This document shows, in pieces, positions 6,049-10,707 of a stretch of DNA of 10,707 bases; within the stretch, counting starts at the first letter, position 1; the number at the start of each line of letters is the position of its first letter. Position numbers and translations under genes: made by a program. The notes under the pieces were generated by a model. It was not told where the DNA came from, made no database searches, and worked only from the letters and a program-made list of their open reading frames with translations. The stretch is from an archaeon (GTDB taxonomy: Archaea > Asgardarchaeota > Thorarchaeia > Thorarchaeales > Thorarchaeaceae), in the NCBI GenBank assembly GCA_024275415.1, contig JAJRZD010000008.1:1-10707 (forward strand), written 5' to 3'.

Positions 6049-7098
6049 CTAGACTATAGCTTCAATGATACTAGCGAATCCGGGATTGTCCTTCATGTGT
6101 TGTCTAATTGGCTTCAATAACTTGGCTATTGATTCACTTACTGCATCCTTTAGATCAAGTGGGTGGATTCTCTCGTCCTTGTAATCTCGCCCAATATCAT
6201 CAAAACTATCATATTCCAAGGTATCATTGTATTTCCCCTTTCTATTCACTACTAGTTTTCCAAAAAATGGAAATATAATGAATTGAATGATGTCAATTAT
6301 CGGATTTCCTTCCAGAGCTCCTGCAGGACAAAATGCTTTGTTGATTTTCCTTCTCAATTCACTCAGTTCTTCATGTGCGGTTATCCTAGTGTCCGGCATA
6401 CTAGCGGACATTTTTACTTCTGACCCCTTTAGAGAGGTTATCAGAGGTGTGAAGATGCTGACGAATTTCTGATAGCCGATGTTTTCAATTATCTCTCTGC
6501 CTAGAGCATAGATGCTCCTCTGATCCAAACCTCCCACAACTACATGCGCCTTCAAGTGTTTAACATCAACATTTTGCATAATTGGGTATAGTAATGAAGA
6601 CACACTTGGTGCTTTGGTCATTCTTACAACTTCGGACGCCGCTCTTCTGGCTCTATTAGTTGATACAAGAGCTGAAAGCTTGAATACGTCTTCAACGTAC
6701 TCTTTTGATGTCTGATAGCTTGATCCCCTTACGAAAGATATATCTTCCTCATATTCCTTCAGGATCAATCTAAGGATTGTTTCGTAATACTCTCCTTTCA
6801 GTTCCATCTCATTCCAAGTGGTTTTTTTGTCATCGAGATATGCGTGATAATCAGCGATGAGTACGGTGGCTTTTCCTCCTAACTTTATCAAATCAATTAC
6901 TTTCATTACTGGAACTAGGTACCCAATATGAAAAGCTCCCGTTGGAGCCAAACCTATATAGAATTCAAAGGACTTCTTCTTTGTAATTAAATCTTCAAGT
7001 TCTTTCTCTGTCATAATCTCTACAGTGTTTCTCTTTGCTAGAGTCAAACGGCTTTCATCTGATTCTAATTGAACGCTTTCCCCTGTACTCTTATTCAA
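6049..7098 (-). CDS. tyrS: Tyrosyl-tRNA synthetase (archaeal/eukaryotic type), about 349 aa
   Basis: YIGLAPTGAFHIGY (HIGH), LIADYHAYLD, LYPIMQNVD, GGLDQR, KMSAS (KMSKS), KAFCPAG, HPLDLK. Start proposed at TTG 7098 after a GGTGG RBS; the exact start is uncertain. Confidence 0.93.
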   Translation of the reverse strand: MNKSTGESVQLESDESRLTLAKRNTVEIMTEKELEDLITKKKSFEFYIGLAPTGAFHIGYLVPVMKVIDLIKLGGKATVLIADYHAYLDDKKTTWNEMELKGEYYETILRLILKEYEEDISFVRGSSYQTSKEYVEDVFKLSALVSTNRARRAASEVVRMTKAPSVSSLLYPIMQNVDVKHLKAHVVVGGLDQRSIYALGREIIENIGYQKFVSIFTPLITSLKGSEVKMSASMPDTRITAHEELSELRRKINKAFCPAGALEGNPIIDIIQFIIFPFFGKLVVNRKGKYNDTLEYDSFDDIGRDYKDERIHPLDLKDAVSESIAKLLKPIRQHMKDNPGFASIIEAIV

Positions 7099-7162
7099 TG
7101 AATTCCACCACAAGTGTATAATGATCCAACCTTGCTCAGATCTACAGAATGGGCTCAAAAAA

Positions 7163-7610
7163 GTGATTGAAATAAGTATATCGGGTCGTGAGATTCTGTT
7201 TGAAAAAGATACGAGCCCGTTCTCACACTACGCTCTTTCGGGACTAGATGGGTCGGAATGGACTCTGCCATCTGGACGATGGTGTGAAACATGACACGGG
7301 ACGACCAGACGGAGTGATCCATTTGTGTTGCGGACACGTATTGAGAATTGTCACTCCAGGTCGTCCACAGGCTCTGGCAATGTGTCTGATGGTGGTCATC
7401 TGGAGGATGTTGAAGGACGGAGTATCATTCAGGGCCGCATACAATAAGGGGCTGGTCGTCAGGAAAGAGAAGCGGTTCAGAAGGGCGACGGAAAGGCTGG
7501 AGAAGATGAAGAGTGCATATGGGACAGAGGGGTTCTTGGAGATGGTTCAAGGACTGATGAGGCCTGATGCAGAGGATGCGTCCCTCCTGCGGCGAAAATT
7601 GCACTCATAG
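7163..7610 (+). mobile_element. Degenerate IS110-family transposase C-terminal remnant
   Basis: Successive frames give EILFEKDTSPFS (cf. ILAEIGDISRF), RWVGMDSAI (cf. WAGLDP), GTTRRSDPFVLR (cf. GxITKxGxxxLR) and ALAMCLMVVIWRMLKDGVSF (cf. AxARKLxxxIWxMLxxG). Several frameshifts and stops. Confidence 0.55.
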
Positions 7611-7853
7611 AAAGCCCGACCGGACATCATAAGATTGATGGTGGTACGGATTGAGGCGTTAGAATTTTGACACGCAATCATCCATGCTGATTTCAATCAG
7701 AAATCTCCAGCTGACTTTTCACACAAAGCCGCAAGAAATAATGAACTGCTTTCCAATAGAGCTGCTATAGTGTGTGAAAAAATCACCAATGATCCGCCCT
7801 GCAGTGGGACAGATACTTGTGACCGAACCCACTCAGATTCGTACATATCCTAG

Positions 7854-8061
7854 CTTGCACCTCGTCCACTCCTAGTCATTCACGGGGCTGATGATCATGG
7901 TATCGACATAGCTGGCATAAAGCGACTCTGAACAAGCAGGTGGACTAAAGGAGCTAGTTATTGTAGAAGGGCTGGATCGTGTACTATCCAATCCAGTTGC
8001 TCATGAAAGCACCATGAATACTGTAGTTGAATGACTCAAAGACCAACGAAGCGTTCGATGA
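7854..8061 (+). pseudogene. C-terminal remnant of an alpha/beta hydrolase
   Basis: LAPRPLLVIHGADDHGIDIAGIKRL, then a frameshift at about 7929, then EQAGGLKELVIVEGLDRVLSNPVAHESTMNTVVE*LKDQ. Catalytic-Asp motif HGxxD is present, the expected His is CGT (Arg), and TGA sits at the usual Trp position. A weaker SPADFS motif lies upstream (about 7700). Confidence 0.75.
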
Positions 8062-8075
8062 AGAAAAGATATCGA

Positions 8076-8652
8076 CTATCTGTAGTTTTGCTTGTTGTCT
8101 TCCCACCACTTCAACCATTTTATTCTGCTATCATCGCGCTCCTCTTTCTTGACACCTGTTACAAAGTATCCCCCCTTACCTAGTTCCTTCTTGATCAAGT
8201 ATATTTGCCCAACATGTCCAAGAAAGTGTAAAGAAATCCCCTGTATCAATTCGCTCACAGTTTCTGTGTTTCCTTCCATGCTGTGTTCGGGTATATCGTC
8301 GAATTTCTCCTCTGGAAGATTTTTGAGATAATCGAAACTTGCGTTGGAAATCTTGAGGAAATTGTCGATAAGGTTGTTAAGAGGAAGGGGGCAATCCTGC
8401 ATTTCCATCTTCTCTGCCCCTGTGGCAAAACGATCACGTACTTTTGGGTCAAGCCGACTCTTTCCCTGACAATAGCGATTGAAAATACGATCCATGTGCC
8501 AAGTCAAATGTCCAAGAATCCAGCAGATCGGATTGATCTTAGGTGTGATTTGATACTCAATCATCTGGCTTCAATCTCATAATAGCTCAAAGAACGTTCC
8601 ATTGTGCAAGATCAAAAGTATCAATTGCAAATTCCTTTAGACTCCTCATCAT
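8076..8652 (-). pseudogene. DinB/YfiT-family protein with disrupted N-terminus (162-aa C-terminal ORF 8564-8076 intact)
   Basis: NPICWILGHL...LHFLGHVGQI are DinB metal-binding His motifs. Upstream, ATG 8652 gives MMRSLKEFAIDTFDLAQWNVL*AIMRLKPDD with TGA at 8589-8587, then a 1-nt frameshift near 8560 joins EYQITPKINP. Confidence 0.75.
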
Positions 8653-8832
8653 TTTCCCGTTTCTCTTATAGTTCATAACCACACTGCCATCATGATAGCT
8701 ATCTAAATGTTGTACTCGCCTATTCCGAGGGGATTAGATTCAATATCTCAATCTTCCCTCGTATGAGATTGATTTAGGACTTGTCAATCACGTTTGAGTA
8801 GCTTGATACGATATTTAATTTGGCTCCTACCA

Positions 8833-8855
8833 ACGCATACTATTGAACTTGTCCA
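8833..8855 (+). repeat. 23-nt dispersed direct repeat, copy 2
   Basis: ACGCATACTATTGAACTTGTCCA; 22/23 identical to 5496-5518. Confidence 0.8.
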
Positions 8856-9058
8856 GAAGGCATATGATGTCATATCCGACCGATCAAATGCCTGTCTAAG
8901 AAATGTTTCACTTTGTCCAACTTCTAAGCATCTGATGTCATCTCTTCTTACTATCAGAATGATTGGAAATATGACAAATGTTTATTTGTGTAATTGGTTA
9001 AAGCTTGTCCAGTGATTTAAGTGAGGAGAGGAACGTTATCTAAAGTAAGGAATATAGG

Positions 9059-9086
9059 TTCCCCCTCCGTCTTTAGGAGGGTGGAA
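9059..9086. repeat. GC-rich hairpin with CTTTAG core, resembling IS200/IS605-family subterminal hairpins
   Basis: TTCC-CCCTCC (9059-9068), loop GTCTTTA, GGAGGG-T-GGAA (9076-9086). No transposase nearby. Confidence 0.4.
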
Positions 9087-9299
9087 TACTTGGCCCTTGT
9101 GATGTTGTTCGCGTCGCCGATGGTTGTCATGCCGCTCTCGGTACCAGTGTTGTCGGATGGCGGTAGTGATAAACCAGGACAATGAATGAGGTTAGGATTC
9201 ATGCGGACACTCATCTTGACAGACTGGCAGCTCGAGTTTTGTCTGCATTGACACGACAGTTCTTGTTGACTTGGGGCGCGGATAACTATGCTACACTAT

Positions 9300-10706
9300 T
9301 CACCTTGGGCGACCTCTCACCGCTCGTAAATGACTGATCAAACGAGCAAGAAGACTCGAAGAAGATATCTTCAGTGTAATAATGTACGAGTTCCCTTTCA
9401 TCCCATCATCTGCACTGTATTCTGCCACTTCGATATTGCCTCCTCCACTAGTGATGATTGCATGAGCCAGCGACATATCAAGACCCACATTGGGCGCGAA
9501 TTCACCAAGATATCTCCGAAAGACCGTTTCTTTCTGCGCCTCGGAAATCCGAGAGCTTGTACCTGTAATAATCAACCTAAGAGATGATCCTTCTTGGGTG
9601 GTTCTGAAATGTACTGTCTTTAGTTCATTAGTATCATCCCGCGACACAAAGGTCTTTGCGATTCTCAGTATCGCTTCATCAAGGTATCTGACTCCCACAA
9701 CTGAGATTCCCTGTTCGTGGTGAAAATCTGTTTTTATGATGGCTTCTGGGTTTTCTGCGATCACTTTCAACGCAACTGCATCTATCAGCACATCCAAATC
9801 ATATGTCCTACGCTCCATTTTTGAAGAGGTCAATCTATCTATCAGCGAATAATCCGATATGAGGCTCTCTGCACGTTCGATTGATTGAAGTGACTGTTCC
9901 ACAAGGTTTCGCGTTTCACTAGAAAGTTCTTCTTTAAGGCTGACCAGTTCTAGACCTAGTAATGCGCTCTGATCAATATTCCGGAGGTCGTGTCGGAACA
10001 AATCCCCCACCAATGCCAGTTTCTGTGTTGCCTCTGAAACTTTTCTTCTCAGCATTATGTTCCATCCCCCCGCAAAAGATATGATTGAAACAAACGCTAA
10101 CACTATGATTCCAATCACATATAACCATCTGCCATTGTTGCCATCCGTATTGTTGTTAGGAAACGTCCCAAACCATTCGGTAATCATGCTATCAAATTCA
10201 CCAGAAGCAATCAGGGTGTCCAATGCACTGTTTATATCATGCAACAATGCTGTGTTACTCTTTGCCACCGCAATCGCACGTTCTCCCGTCTTCGTTGGTG
10301 ATCCGATTACCTTTACATTTGTGTACTGGTTCTTACGGATGTAATATGCCCCTGCGAACGAATTACAGAATGCCGCCGTTACCTCTCCTCTAGCCACCAA
10401 TCGGATTGCTTCCTCTTGGCTACCGACGGCCACAATCCGTGCATCAGGTACTTCGTTGACCAGAACTGAATATGAGATATCATCCTCTTCAACAGCTACG
10501 GTGTGCCCTGATAGGTCTGTCAGGTTAAAGATTCCACTCGTGTATTCGTCAACGAAAATATGGGACGTGATATTCATGAATGTCTGACTGAAATCGAAAA
10601 GGGTTTCACGCTGTGGCGATTTCGCCATGCATATGCTGTCAATGGTTCCGTTCGATAAAGCCTCGTATGCATCACCCCATTTCAATGGCTTCCAAACAAT
10701 CTCTTT
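9300..10706 (-). CDS. Membrane sensor histidine kinase-like protein: PBPb substrate-binding domain, TM helix, HisKA, degenerate HATPase; 5'-truncated by the window edge
   Basis: Frame is open to the window end (KEIVWKPLKWGDA...). PBPb motifs: WGDAYEALSNGTID, QRETLFDFS, DLSGHTVAV, LIASGEFDSMITEWFG. TM: WLYVIGIIVLAFVSIISFAGGW. H-box: FRHDLRN. Confidence 0.88.
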   Translation of the reverse strand, partial: KEIVWKPLKWGDAYEALSNGTIDSICMAKSPQRETLFDFSQTFMNITSHIFVDEYTSGIFNLTDLSGHTVAVEEDDISYSVLVNEVPDARIVAVGSQEEAIRLVARGEVTAAFCNSFAGAYYIRKNQYTNVKVIGSPTKTGERAIAVAKSNTALLHDINSALDTLIASGEFDSMITEWFGTFPNNNTDGNNGRWLYVIGIIVLAFVSIISFAGGWNIMLRRKVSEATQKLALVGDLFRHDLRNIDQSALLGLELVSLKEELSSETRNLVEQSLQSIERAESLISDYSLIDRLTSSKMERRTYDLDVLIDAVALKVIAENPEAIIKTDFHHEQGISVVGVRYLDEAILRIAKTFVSRDDTNELKTVHFRTTQEGSSLRLIITGTSSRISEAQKETVFRRYLGEFAPNVGLDMSLAHAIITSGGGNIEVAEYSADDGMKGNSYIITLKISSSSLLARLISHLRAVRGRPR

Positions 10707-10707
10707 A

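Noticed and set aside
6049-7098. TyrRS with altered amino-acid specificity or cyclodipeptide-synthase-like role
   Set aside because: HIGH, KMSKS-like, tyrosine-binding and anticodon-domain motifs (AFCP, HPLDLK) are all retained.
4782-8589. In-frame TGA codons (4784, 8032, 8589, and YY*TCP within both 23-nt repeats) as selenocysteine or a reassigned genetic code
   Set aside because: The same genes also carry frameshifts, the contexts are not known selenoprotein motifs, no SECIS was recognised, and TGA terminates intact genes here (vapC1 at 730, the 3418 gene at 4119).
8794-9214. ORFs 8794-9015 (+) and 9017-9214 (-); faint SWIM-like YY*TCPEGI*CHI reading; group II intron domain V resemblance near 9060-9135
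   Set aside because: No RBS or family motifs; the SWIM-like frame has many stops; the domain V stem and spacing do not fit.
9330-10344. Plus-strand ORFs 9330-9587, 9490-9723, 10057-10344, and ORFs 6287-6472, 8092-8331, 8283-8582
   Set aside because: Antisense shadows of the kinase, tyrS and DinB genes.

Overview
Archaeal genomic window: TATA boxes, GGTGA-type ribosome-binding sites, archaeal-type VapBC pairs, DPSL and TyrRS. An Asgard-like host is possible but is inference only. Apparently intact genes: two RHH-antitoxin/PIN-toxin (VapBC) pairs flanking a divergent dpsL (thioferritin) / Cys-free Fur-PerR-like regulator module; a 233-aa hypothetical protein with a PCI-like winged-helix tail; a 4-oxalocrotonate-tautomerase-family gene; tyrS; and a 5'-truncated PBPb-TM-histidine kinase whose ATP-binding boxes look degenerate. 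Much of the apparently intergenic DNA is decayed genes that the ORF track misses or misreads: TetR, a membrane protein, a PD-(D/E)XK-like nuclease joined to a class III aminotransferase tail, an IS110-like remnant, an alpha/beta hydrolase and a DinB-family gene with a broken N-terminus. Non-coding signals: a perfect 8-1-8 palindrome over the dpsL TATA box, candidate operators at both TA promoters, a 23-nt direct repeat (22/23 identical) at 5496 and 8833, and an IS200/IS605-type hairpin at about 9060-9086. No tRNA, rRNA or CRISPR array was recognised. All family assignments are from motif recognition by eye, not database searches.
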